Shown piece by piece: positions 36,137 through 45,183 of a DNA stretch of 49,058 nucleotides (positions within the stretch are counted from its first letter, which is position 1; every line of letters starts with the position of its first letter). The stretch covers positions 1-49,058 of the IMG/VR virus record IMGVR_UViG_3300033485_000022. The stretch is one strand, 5' to 3'. The notes under the pieces were generated by a model that had not been told where the DNA came from, did not search any database, and saw only the letters and a list, made by a program, of their open reading frames with translations. The stretch is from a virus. Taxonomy: Duplodnaviria > Caudoviricetes. A program made the position numbers and the translations under genes.

Positions 36137-36640
36137 ATGCAGAACCAACATCCCGAAGATCGTGCCGCAGACCGAGTGACAGAGGCATTTTTGCGGCAAT
36201 GCCGCAAGGAGGGCCGGATTACCGACAGGGAATTGGCGGAAATCAGTTTGGATCGTGGCGGTATCGGGTGCTCAAAGCCGACAACCGTGCTACGGATTGA
36301 GAGCTTCATAGCGCGGATTCACGAGGAAACGGGTCTACCAGAGCCCGACATTCACCGCATCCTCGCGCTGCACCTGAAATCGGTGCATCTCACGGTACGG
36401 CATTTGGAGTTGTATCTGAACTATCCAGCATGGACAGAACAGGAGTTGGCAGACCTGTTTGGGATCACTCAAGATGGAGTCTCGGATGCTCTTGCTGCCG
36501 TTCGCCGCGCGTGGCCCGGCCTTCGATTCGATGTTTCCCACGAGGGCGATTATGGTGTGCCGGCCTTGGAGAACATGAAGCGCATCGAGCACTACGACTG
36601 TTCCGGCCGCCTCGATAGCGAGAAAGTGGAGTGGTTTTGA
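36137..36640 (+). CDS. HTH transcription regulator (sigma70 region 4-like)
   Basis: LTVRHLELY...WTEQELADLFGITQDGVSDAL; GAGGAG RBS. Confidence 0.65.
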   Translation: MQNQHPEDRAADRVTEAFLRQCRKEGRITDRELAEISLDRGGIGCSKPTTVLRIESFIARIHEETGLPEPDIHRILALHLKSVHLTVRHLELYLNYPAWTEQELADLFGITQDGVSDALAAVRRAWPGLRFDVSHEGDYGVPALENMKRIEHYDCSGRLDSEKVEWF

Positions 36641-36804
36641 TGGAAAGCTCATACTGGGACCCGCATCTTGAATCTCGGCGATGCCTATACTGCAACGAGA
36701 TTTTCGACCCGAAAACTCCTTGGCACATGTATTGCTCTGAGGAGTGTGAGAGAAATGCAGAGAATGAGCGGCCTTCTGCCACTGCAATAGGTCCCTACGA
36801 CTAA
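36640..36804 (+). CDS. Small Zn-ribbon protein (54 aa, not in the ORF track)
   Basis: RRCLYCNEIF...YCSEEC; TGATG overlap. Confidence 0.6.
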   Translation: MESSYWDPHLESRRCLYCNEIFDPKTPWHMYCSEECERNAENERPSATAIGPYD

Positions 36805-36888
36805 CCCAGCGGGCCGCCCGGCTACGGCTATGGCCAACACACGTAAAGCGCACGGACGCGGCCCGCTTTTATCTCTTTGGAGGAAACC

Positions 36889-37161
36889 ATGAATCCCAAG
36901 ATCGAACAGTGCAAAGCCGTCATCGCCAAGTTGCAAGAGGAACTCAAGCGGTTGGAGGACGAGCCAACGCCCCGGCATGGGGACATAGTGGCGTACCACG
37001 GTGAACGACGCATTATTGTGATTGTTGAGGATGGCACGCCCCGCGCCTACGATGTCAACGGCCATATGGTGGCCGGTGGATCGTCTGACGGCGTGGCCTA
37101 TTGCTACACGAGCGGTTGCTACACCGTCCTCGGCAACGTGTTCGACTGGGAGGCGAAGTGA
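36889..37161 (+). CDS. Hypothetical protein
   Basis: GGAGG RBS; N-terminal coiled coil, C-terminal VLGNVF. Confidence 0.65.
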   Translation: MNPKIEQCKAVIAKLQEELKRLEDEPTPRHGDIVAYHGERRIIVIVEDGTPRAYDVNGHMVAGGSSDGVAYCYTSGCYTVLGNVFDWEAK

Positions 37162-37757
37162 TGGAGGTCAAGGACACCAACCCGAAGGACTCCATCGGCG
37201 TCAAGAAAGTCCCGCTGCATCTTGTCCCGTGCGAAGTCCTGTTCGAGATCGGCCTTGCCATGCTTGAGGGTGCCCGCAAGTACGGTGCCCACAACTACCG
37301 GGCCACAGGCGTCCGGGCATCGGTGTATTACGATGCTGCCATGCGGCACATCATGGCGTGGTGGGAAGGCGAGGACATCGACTCCGATAGCGGGCTGCCT
37401 CATATCATCAAGGCTATCGCGTCTTTGGCGGTCCTGCGGGATGGGCAACACGTCGGCAACTGGGTAGATGACCGGCCCATTCGGCTCGCACGCGGGGCGG
37501 ACGTGAAGGCCCTGAATGAGCTTGCGGCCAAGATCATCGAACGATATCCGGCGTGTAAGGCCCCGTTCATTGATGTAGGGCGAGCCCCCGCTGCCGAGAA
37601 GCCCAAGACCTGTGTGGGCTGTGTTCACTTTGACCCCACCGCGGAAAACCCGCGTATGCAGTGCGATACTCGCGAGCGGTATTGTAGTGGTTCGGGTGAT
37701 TCTGTGTTGTTGTGCTCAGCATACCGTGCCGCATATACCCCCAAGGAGCCCGCATGA
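37161..37757 (+). CDS. dATP/dGTP diphosphohydrolase-like protein (DUF5664-type) with Cys-rich tail
   Basis: TNPKD..G.KK..LHLVP..GARKYG..NYR..YYDAAMRH..WWEGED.D.DSGLPH. Confidence 0.85.
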   Translation: MEVKDTNPKDSIGVKKVPLHLVPCEVLFEIGLAMLEGARKYGAHNYRATGVRASVYYDAAMRHIMAWWEGEDIDSDSGLPHIIKAIASLAVLRDGQHVGNWVDDRPIRLARGADVKALNELAAKIIERYPACKAPFIDVGRAPAAEKPKTCVGCVHFDPTAENPRMQCDTRERYCSGSGDSVLLCSAYRAAYTPKEPA

Positions 37758-38146
37758 GAGCCTACCTATCCCATCCGATCCGCGGGGCCAAGGGTGCCGC
37801 CGCGACCCGCGAGGACATGGAGGCCAACAACCGCCGGGCCATCGAGTTCGCCGCCCAAGTGCGGGCGGAGTTTCCCGGCCTCGATCTGTACGTGCCGGCG
37901 GAGCATGATGAATTTGTGATCGAGGCATACGAAATGGCGTATCTGGCCGAGTCAGACATCTTGGCGATAGATGTTCGACTTGTGCAAAAGCGGGATATGC
38001 TGATTACATATGCTCCCGAATCTCACATCTCCAATGGAATGCGCATAGAGATCGAGGCCGCTCAAGCCGCACGAAAACCCATCGCGTTCACGACCGGCGG
38101 CATGGACCCGATTCACGGCGTATTGGAGAGCTTTTTGCATGGCTAA
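37754..38146 (+). CDS. Nucleoside 2-deoxyribosyltransferase-like fold protein
   Basis: AYLSHPIRG...YVPAEHD...D..L...D...SNGMRIEIEAA. Confidence 0.65.
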   Translation: MRAYLSHPIRGAKGAAATREDMEANNRRAIEFAAQVRAEFPGLDLYVPAEHDEFVIEAYEMAYLAESDILAIDVRLVQKRDMLITYAPESHISNGMRIEIEAAQAARKPIAFTTGGMDPIHGVLESFLHG

Positions 38147-38849
38147 GGTCCTCGCTATCGGCGATCCCCACGAGCCCGTCTGCCATCCTGGTTATCGGGC
38201 GTTCTGCCGCGACCTGCGCGACCGCCACGGCTGCGAGAAGGTGGTCATCATCGGAGATATTTGTGACCACCACGGCATCAGCTTTCACGCCGCGAACCCG
38301 ATGTGTCCCGGCCCGCAAGACGAGTACAAACTGACCCGCCAGAAAATGCAGTTGTGGCATAAGGACTTCTCCGGGGCCATCGTGACAATCGGCAACCACG
38401 ACGCCCGCGTTGCTCGTCTCGCGGAGTCAGTGAAAATCCCCTCGTTCTACCTGCGGGATTACAACGACGACAAGGTATGGGGCACAAAGACTTGGAAGTG
38501 GGTCGAGGACATCGTGATTGACGATGTGTACTACTTCCACGGCACGGGACGCTCCGGGCTGCACCCCGCCTACAACGCCATGAAAGACATGCTGATGTCG
38601 GTTGTCATGGGACATTGCCACTCGGCGGCTGGCGTAAAGTGGCGGGCCAACCCCACGCGGCGAACCTTTGGCATGGATACAGGCTGCGGGATCGACGTGG
38701 ACGCCTACCAATTCGCCTACGGGGCGCACATGCCCTCGCGGCCGATTCTGTCGGCGGGTGTCATCATCGACGGCGTACCTCAGCACTTTATTATGCCGTG
38801 CGGGATCAAAGAGAAATATCACAAGTCTCGATTCAAGGGAGCGAAGTGA
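38139..38849 (+). CDS. Calcineurin-like metallophosphoesterase
   Basis: IGDPH, IGDICD, GNHD, FHG, GHCH motifs. Confidence 0.9.
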   Translation: MAKVLAIGDPHEPVCHPGYRAFCRDLRDRHGCEKVVIIGDICDHHGISFHAANPMCPGPQDEYKLTRQKMQLWHKDFSGAIVTIGNHDARVARLAESVKIPSFYLRDYNDDKVWGTKTWKWVEDIVIDDVYYFHGTGRSGLHPAYNAMKDMLMSVVMGHCHSAAGVKWRANPTRRTFGMDTGCGIDVDAYQFAYGAHMPSRPILSAGVIIDGVPQHFIMPCGIKEKYHKSRFKGAK

Positions 38850-38850
38850 G

Positions 38851-39066
38851 ATGAGCGCCAGGCTTGTAGTGATTGTTGATTACTTTGAGGACGACAAAGT
38901 ACAGGGCTTTTTCTTAATCCCAGAGGAGAAGGAAGTCGCCGACTTGTATGCAGAATACCGGGATTGGGCAGAGGCTAATGCCGCTGATTCAGACGAAACG
39001 CCGTTCTTTGATTTCCTGAAAGTGAAGGGTTACGAGGAGGTTGAGGCGGAGGTATTCGAGGTATGA
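38851..39066 (+). CDS. Small acidic protein
   Basis: GGAG RBS; tight packing. Confidence 0.55.
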   Translation: MSARLVVIVDYFEDDKVQGFFLIPEEKEVADLYAEYRDWAEANAADSDETPFFDFLKVKGYEEVEAEVFEV

Positions 39067-39509
39067 CCCTCCAACTCCCCCACGTCCCCCCCGTCGTCAA
39101 GGGCTTCCAGTTCACCGGCGTAGCCGAACACCAGACTCGCCAAGCCCTCGCCGTCGAGATCAGGCAGACCATCGAGGCCCTGATTAAGAGCACCTACGTC
39201 CCCGGCTGGCAAAGCATGTTCTACAAGTTCATTGACTGCATACCATCGGGGACCGTGCGGGACCTCGCCCGACTGCCCTACCCCGTGCAGGGGCCGAACG
39301 ACACGGCGGGGACCAAGATCGGGGTGGTATACGCGCGACTGTCATTCATCATTCAGCGGTATTGGGACCAGTGCCTCGATGGCACGGACAACGCCGCCCG
39401 CATCCGGGGCTACCTCGGCGACCTGCGCGAGATCGCGGCCTACGGGATAGATCGGTGCCGGTTGAGCGGCGACGTGAGACACGGGTATTGGTTGGAGGTC
39501 TCGCAGTAA
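39063..39509 (+). CDS. Hypothetical protein
   Basis: GGAGG RBS; ATGA overlap. Confidence 0.65.
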   Translation: MTLQLPHVPPVVKGFQFTGVAEHQTRQALAVEIRQTIEALIKSTYVPGWQSMFYKFIDCIPSGTVRDLARLPYPVQGPNDTAGTKIGVVYARLSFIIQRYWDQCLDGTDNAARIRGYLGDLREIAAYGIDRCRLSGDVRHGYWLEVSQ

Positions 39510-39730
39510 TGGCATCGAATCGGCCATGCCCTGAATGTGGTGGTACTGGATTAGTAACTGGCTTGATGGAAGGTGAGTGCTGTTCAGCTTGCAACGGTAC
39601 TGGGGTCTTTAGACCGGCGCATTGCCCGCATATTGACTGCCCGGAGAGGGACGTTTGTGGCAGAATTGAGCACTCTGTACCACTGCCAATACGTTCATTT
39701 TGGTCCTACATCAAACACCTATTCTATTGA
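39509..39730 (+). CDS. Small protein with DnaJ-type CxxCxGxG zinc finger
   Basis: CPECGGTG...CSACNGTG. Confidence 0.6.
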   Translation: MASNRPCPECGGTGLVTGLMEGECCSACNGTGVFRPAHCPHIDCPERDVCGRIEHSVPLPIRSFWSYIKHLFY

Positions 39731-39890
39731 GCGAGAATATGAATCACATTGCATGTGCCATCGTGTTCGCCGTGATTACGTGGGACGTGAATATACACTG
39801 CCGAAAAGAGGGTGGTAAGTGCGAACCGCATTGGGCGGACCTCCTCATCGTCGGTATGTGGTTCGTGGCGTTTCTGGGGGCGGTGTGCTG

Positions 39891-41936
39891 ATGCCTGAGC
39901 CCTGGCAGGACATTCTCGCGCTCGCCGGATTTCCGACCGATGTTATCGTGTTGGACTTCGAGAGTTACTTTGACAAAGAGTACAACTTTGACAAGCTCTC
40001 CGGCGTCGAGTACGTCATGGACCCGCGATTCGAGGTCACGGGACTCGGCGGCTGGGTACAACCGAACGGGTCTGGTCTGCCGTGGTTTCGGGGACCGGAT
40101 GATGTTCAGTTACAGATAGCCGATTTGCTCGATCTGTATGGCCCCGACCTCACCGGCGTCACCGTCGTCGGCCAGAACCTTAAATTCGACGCCCTCGTGC
40201 TCCGCGAGCGGTATGGCATCACGCCCCGTTACACGGTGGACGTGCTCGACTTGGCCCGCCATCTCGACGCCCGCGACCGACACAGCTTGGAGCATTTGGC
40301 GGTCAAGTACCACGCCCCGACGCCAAAGGGCGACACGATGCAATTCAAGGGCTTGCGCTGGAATCACATGACCTGCGAGCAACGTGCCGCCCTTCGGGAC
40401 TACTGCCTCAACGATGTTGATATCGAGACGTACCTGTTCAAGACCCTGCTCCCGCGAATCACGCGACCCGAAGCGGAGCTACGCCTTGCGAATCAGACGC
40501 TCCGGCAATACCTCGTGCCACAGATCAAGATTGACACCGATCTCGGCCGCCGACTCATCGTGGATATGCAGGCCGAGCTACAGTTGCCCGTGGATCGGGT
40601 GAACGCCCTCGGCGTTAAGGTAATCACACCAGGCAAAAAGACCAGTCGCACGAGTCGTCCCCCCACCGTCAAGGCTGTGACGGTGGATGATGTCTCCAAG
40701 GATGGGACTTTTCTTGCCCTACTTCGGGAGACCCTTCCTGTCGGGGAAGCCATCCCTATGAAGCAGGGCAAGAAAAAGCTCATCCCCGCGCTCGCAAAGA
40801 CCGACGAGCAGTTGGATTACTTGCTGTCCCACCCATGCCCCGCGGTGAGAGCCCTAATGGAAGCTCGCAAAGCCTCCGATAGCTGGCCCACCCATATTTG
40901 CCGAGTCGTGCGACTAATAGATCAGGCGACAGCGCGTGGTGGATTTATGGGTGCGCCACTCACCTACTACGCCGCACACACCGGGCGATACGGGGGCACG
41001 GGTGGGACCAACTTTCAAAATTTCGGAGCCCGCGACGTACACGAGCTTGTCAAGCAGGTGGGGCAGATGCTAAGTGCCCCCTCTGGGTATATCCTCGGCA
41101 CCGGCGACCTGTCACAGATTGAGGCGCGCACTGTGGCATGGTTCGCCGGCCAAGAGGACATGCTACAGGCGTTCGCCCAAGGGCGGGACCTCTACAGCGA
41201 GTTCGGGACCGAGCAGATTTACCACCAAGAGGTCCGCAAGCCTCGCAAGGATGACCCGCCCGACGTATATCAAACCATGTTCAATCGGCGGACGGCCAGC
41301 AAGGAAACGATCCTCGGTGCCGGCTTCGGCATGGGCGGGACGCGCTTCACGCAATACTGCAAAGAGAAACCTGTTCTCAAGGTTGCGATAGAGTCCGGGG
41401 ACCTCACGCCCCAGTTATGCCAACGCGCGATCGCCGTCTACCGGCAGCGGTACTCGATGATCCCGAAGCTGTGGAAGGAAGTCGAAGCAGCTTGGCGATT
41501 CGTGGCTCGCTACACGGATCAGCGGGCGACGGTCAGCCACAGCGGCAGATGCCTCACGTTCTGGAATGAGAACGGCACCGTTACGGTGCAGCTACCGTCG
41601 TCCCGCTGTCTTTTCTACCCTCACGCCCGCGTCGATAGCGAGGGAGGGTGCGCCTACCACTGGGGCCATTTGTGGGGTGGGAGCATGGTGGAGAACATCG
41701 TGCAGGCTACAGCGCGGGACGTGTTCACCGATGGGCTACTCCGGTTGGAGGACGCCGGGTTTAATGGCCTGTTTAGTGTCCACGATCAGGCAATATGCCT
41801 GTTGGCCCTCGATGCCGAATATTCGGCGGAGGACATGCTTGCTGAGATGCACCGGCTCCAATGTATCGTGCCGTCGTGGGCGACGGGACTACCAGTAGCC
41901 ACGGAGGGAGATTTGACGAAAGCGTATCATAAGTGA
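39891..41936 (+). CDS. Family A DNA polymerase with 3'-5' exonuclease
   Basis: Exo LDFESY, QNLKFD, YCLND; TGR; motif A DLSQIEAR; motif B R..SKETILG..FG; motif C VHD. Confidence 0.92.
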   Translation: MPEPWQDILALAGFPTDVIVLDFESYFDKEYNFDKLSGVEYVMDPRFEVTGLGGWVQPNGSGLPWFRGPDDVQLQIADLLDLYGPDLTGVTVVGQNLKFDALVLRERYGITPRYTVDVLDLARHLDARDRHSLEHLAVKYHAPTPKGDTMQFKGLRWNHMTCEQRAALRDYCLNDVDIETYLFKTLLPRITRPEAELRLANQTLRQYLVPQIKIDTDLGRRLIVDMQAELQLPVDRVNALGVKVITPGKKTSRTSRPPTVKAVTVDDVSKDGTFLALLRETLPVGEAIPMKQGKKKLIPALAKTDEQLDYLLSHPCPAVRALMEARKASDSWPTHICRVVRLIDQATARGGFMGAPLTYYAAHTGRYGGTGGTNFQNFGARDVHELVKQVGQMLSAPSGYILGTGDLSQIEARTVAWFAGQEDMLQAFAQGRDLYSEFGTEQIYHQEVRKPRKDDPPDVYQTMFNRRTASKETILGAGFGMGGTRFTQYCKEKPVLKVAIESGDLTPQLCQRAIAVYRQRYSMIPKLWKEVEAAWRFVARYTDQRATVSHSGRCLTFWNENGTVTVQLPSSRCLFYPHARVDSEGGCAYHWGHLWGGSMVENIVQATARDVFTDGLLRLEDAGFNGLFSVHDQAICLLALDAEYSAEDMLAEMHRLQCIVPSWATGLPVATEGDLTKAYHK

Positions 41937-42478
41937 AAGGTCGCAACTATGCTCGCGAGCGTTCTGAGTTATCCCGTAAGGTTCGGCCGCTGGGTCAGTT
42001 CATTGTGGACCGCCTGCATGAAGCGCGTCCGGGGCTATCGGCTCCTCCGCAAGTACAAGTACAGCCGCCGCAATGCCCTCCGGTGGTGCGGGGAGAATCT
42101 CAAGTACCTCACGATGGAACCGAGCCCGCTGCCGCCTCCCGGCCTCACCGCCCTCGATCTCGAACAGGCCGCGAGGCTCCGGTCCTCCACGCCTGCCTCG
42201 CGTGGCTGCACCGGCAAGGCATCTTCGCATACCGCCAAAATACCGGCACGGCATGGATCAACGGCCAGCCGGTGAGCTTCGGGTATCCCGGTGCGGGGGA
42301 CATCACCGGGATTCTTCCCGATGGCCGGCGGCTTGAGATCGAGTGTAAAAGCCCCACCGGCAAGCAGAGCGAGAAGCAGAGAAAGTTTCAAGAGAAGATC
42401 GAGCAGAATGGCGGAGTCTACCTGCTCGTGCGAAGTGAGCGAGACTTAGAGGAACAATGGAAATGCCGCGAGTTATAG
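41933..42478 (+). CDS. VRR-NUC domain nuclease (start uncertain)
   Basis: GAGDI...IECKSPTGKQSEKQ..F...GGVY. Confidence 0.8.
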   Translation: MKGRNYARERSELSRKVRPLGQFIVDRLHEARPGLSAPPQVQVQPPQCPPVVRGESQVPHDGTEPAAASRPHRPRSRTGREAPVLHACLAWLHRQGIFAYRQNTGTAWINGQPVSFGYPGAGDITGILPDGRRLEIECKSPTGKQSEKQRKFQEKIEQNGGVYLLVRSERDLEEQWKCREL

Positions 42479-42861
42479 GTTGTCGGTATCCGCATAATAA
42501 GCCGACAACCGCCTACCGTAAAGGATGCCGATGTCGTCGTTGCATGGACGCCAATAATATGTGGCAGAAGGACTACCATCGGCGAAATCCCGACAAGGCC
42601 ATAACGTATATTCGCCGCCGTAGATTCAAGATGGAGCCGGAGGATTATGCAAGGATGCTGCGAGAGCAGCGCGGCGGTTGTGCGGTATGTGGACGCACTA
42701 CCAGTAAAGGAAAGCGGCCTCTATCAGTAGATCATTGTCACGCTACAGGGAAAATACGCGGACTCTTGTGTGATAGATGCAATACAGCACTCGGTTTACT
42801 GGGTGATGATGTAGAAAGATGCCAAAGGCTTGTTGAATACCTGCGGAAATCACAAAGTTAG
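42457..42861 (+). CDS. Endonuclease VII-family (His-Me) nuclease
   Basis: Q.GGCAVC..LSVDHCH.TGKIRGLLCDRCNTALG. Confidence 0.9.
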   Translation: MEMPRVIGCRYPHNKPTTAYRKGCRCRRCMDANNMWQKDYHRRNPDKAITYIRRRRFKMEPEDYARMLREQRGGCAVCGRTTSKGKRPLSVDHCHATGKIRGLLCDRCNTALGLLGDDVERCQRLVEYLRKSQS

Positions 42862-42872
42862 TGGAGGGTGCA

Positions 42873-43758
42873 GTGGGACAAATCATCTGTGGCGATTGCT
42901 TGGAGGAAATGCGGCGGCTACCCGAACAGTCTGTCGATATGGTGTTCGGGTCGCCGCCGTACTGACGAAGATGCCCGAACCTATGGTATCGACTTCAACC
43001 TAAAAGGTCAAGCGTGGGTTGATTGGATGGTACAGGTGGTCCGCGAAAGTCTGCGGGTCAGCCGGGGCCTCGTGGCGTTCGTGGTCGAGGGCAAGACCCG
43101 ACATTTTTCTTGGTCCGGTACGCCGGTCCTGCTCATGGCGGACCTGATCCGAGCGGGAGTTACCTTACGCAAGCCTCCAATCTACGAGCGCGATGGTATT
43201 CCCGGTAGCGGCGGTCCTGACTGGTGGAAGAATCGGTATGAATTTGTGGTGTGCGCCACGAACGGCGGTCGGCTGCCGTGGTCGGACAATACGGCGTGTG
43301 GGCATCCACCGAAGTATGGGTGTTTTGGCGGACAGGTGCCACAAGGATACTCTGATGGCGATGTCTCCAATGTAAAGACCCGGCGGGCCGGGGGACCGTT
43401 CTCGAATCGCGGTCAAGACGGAAAACGGACGCACCGAGAATTAAAGGAATACGACCTCGCCAATCCTGGCAATGTTATTGACTGCGGTGCTTGCGGCGGC
43501 GGGCATCTTGGCTCCGACCTCGCCCACGAAAATGAGGCCCCCTTTCCTGAGAAACTCGTGGAGCCGTTCATCCTGTCGTTCTGTCCACTGGGGGGAATAG
43601 TGCTGGATTGTTTTGGAGGATCGGGGACTGTTGTCGCCGTCGCCGAAAAACACGGCCGCAACTGGATCGCGATAGACATCCGGCCCAGTCAAATAGACCT
43701 AATGCACCGGCGTATCCGCGAAGTCCGCGGGCCGCTGCCGATGCCCATAGTTAAGTGA
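42873..43758 (+). pseudogene. N4/N6 DNA methyltransferase (beta class) interrupted by a +1 frameshift after SPPY
   Basis: GTG 42873 gives GQIICGDCLEEMRRLPEQSVDMVFGSPPY then TGA (42963-42965). The +1 frame continues DEDARTY...APFPEKL...VLDCFGGSGT. Confidence 0.85.
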
Positions 43759-43768
43759 GGAGAAACCC

Positions 43769-44008
43769 ATGAAGATTGAGATTTACAACCCGTCCGCACC
43801 CGAACCAGAACAACCGACACGCTTGGCCCTCAAAGAGTATGCAGGCAGCATCAGACTCGTCGCCGTCAATGCAGCGGGGCATACAGTATCGTCGGGCAAT
43901 CTGTTGACTTTCGAGGACGACGGTACAGTTTATCGACACGAGTCTGTCAACGAGACCCTTGGTTTCCAACTCGACAGTCAGGGTCGCATCATTATGAGGG
44001 GTTTGTGA
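43769..44008 (+). CDS. Hypothetical protein
   Basis: GAGGAG RBS. Confidence 0.65.
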   Translation: MKIEIYNPSAPEPEQPTRLALKEYAGSIRLVAVNAAGHTVSSGNLLTFEDDGTVYRHESVNETLGFQLDSQGRIIMRGL

Positions 44009-45183
44009 CCATGCGTGAACTCCGCCTCAGCGCAACCGCCGACGCCGACTTTCAGGCGTGTCAGCGGCGATACCAACTCGCGTATCTCTATGATTTGACC
44101 AAGGACACCGACAAGGATAGCCTCCGCCTCGGCGGCAACTGGCATCGGTGCCACGAGCTATGCGAACTCAAGGCCGGTGCCGTGTGCCCGGACTGCTCCC
44201 GGCACGAGGCCATCGACCCGAACTGCTACGTCTGCGGCGGCACGGGCTACGTCCTGGCCGATACGATGGACCGCGTGGCCCGGTATCTCAGCCACGCCTA
44301 CGCCGTGGTGCCCGACAACAAGACCCGCGACGACTGGGAAACCGAGCGTGTGACGCTCCTGTATAGCCTTTCGGGTCACAGATGGCTCTACGCCGCCGAG
44401 GAGGACCGATGGGAAGTGATCGGAAGCGAAATCAAGGTCGTCATCCCGGTCATCAACCCGGATACCGGGCGGAAGATGCCTAAGATCGTATTCGTCATCA
44501 AGGTCGATAGACTCGTGCGGAACAAGATCAACGGCCTCATCTACGTCTGGGAACGCAAGAGTACGAGTCATAGCATCACCAGCGCGGAATATTGGAGCGG
44601 CCTTGCCCAAGGCGATCAGGTCAGCGGATACATCTATGGTGCTCGGTTCGCCCAAGTCAACGGCTTGCTCAAGCCCTATGGTGTATTGCCGACAGAGCCG
44701 CCCGTCGCGGGGGCCTGGTGTGACGTGTGGCATAAGCCCGATATTCAGCCTAAGAAGGTGAGTAAGGCGGACCTCAAGACGCTGGCAGAGACCGGGGAGT
44801 ATTGCGGAACTCACGTACAGTACCCAGCATCGGTACATCCCGCAGTGATCGGCGAATCCATCGTAGAGTCTGCCGAGATGTACGGTGCCCGCCTCCTCGG
44901 CGACATCGCCGAACGTCCGGAACACTACTTCGCACAGCGCGAGGTCTCCCGCACGGACAAAGAGCTTGAGCAGTTCCAACGCCGGCTTTTCAACATCGGC
45001 AAGCAGATTAGGCACGTCGAGAAAAACGACCTGTGGGTGTGTAACCTGCAATCGTGCGAGAACAAGTTCAAGTGCGAGTTCATGGACTTGTGCCGCTCCG
45101 GCGTGCAGGTGAGCCCGGAGGCCGTGCCGATTGGGTATCGGAAACGTCATCCACAAGCAGAGGAGGTACAGATAGATGGCTAA
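44005..45183 (+). CDS. PD-(D/E)XK exonuclease (RecB/Cas4-like phage exonuclease)
   Basis: CQRRY, G..WH, E..IKVD..WERKS, Q..GY, C-terminal C..C..C. Confidence 0.8.
   Translation: MTMRELRLSATADADFQACQRRYQLAYLYDLTKDTDKDSLRLGGNWHRCHELCELKAGAVCPDCSRHEAIDPNCYVCGGTGYVLADTMDRVARYLSHAYAVVPDNKTRDDWETERVTLLYSLSGHRWLYAAEEDRWEVIGSEIKVVIPVINPDTGRKMPKIVFVIKVDRLVRNKINGLIYVWERKSTSHSITSAEYWSGLAQGDQVSGYIYGARFAQVNGLLKPYGVLPTEPPVAGAWCDVWHKPDIQPKKVSKADLKTLAETGEYCGTHVQYPASVHPAVIGESIVESAEMYGARLLGDIAERPEHYFAQREVSRTDKELEQFQRRLFNIGKQIRHVEKNDLWVCNLQSCENKFKCEFMDLCRSGVQVSPEAVPIGYRKRHPQAEEVQIDG

Noticed and set aside
37161-37757. 2-aminoadenine (Z-genome) pathway
   Set aside because: No PurZ/adenylosuccinate synthetase-like gene is visible
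41949-42275. Overlapping ORF within the VRR-NUC 5' region
   Set aside because: Cannot decide by eye which frame is coding upstream of the nuclease domain; no motif support
42960-42966. Stop-codon reassignment or selenocysteine at TGA
   Set aside because: The downstream MTase sequence is in a different frame, and TGA, TAG and TAA all act as normal stops elsewhere
44005-45183. CRISPR-Cas system (Cas4-like gene)
   Set aside because: No repeat-spacer array or other cas genes; the context (Sak4-like ATPase, SSB) indicates a phage recombination exonuclease
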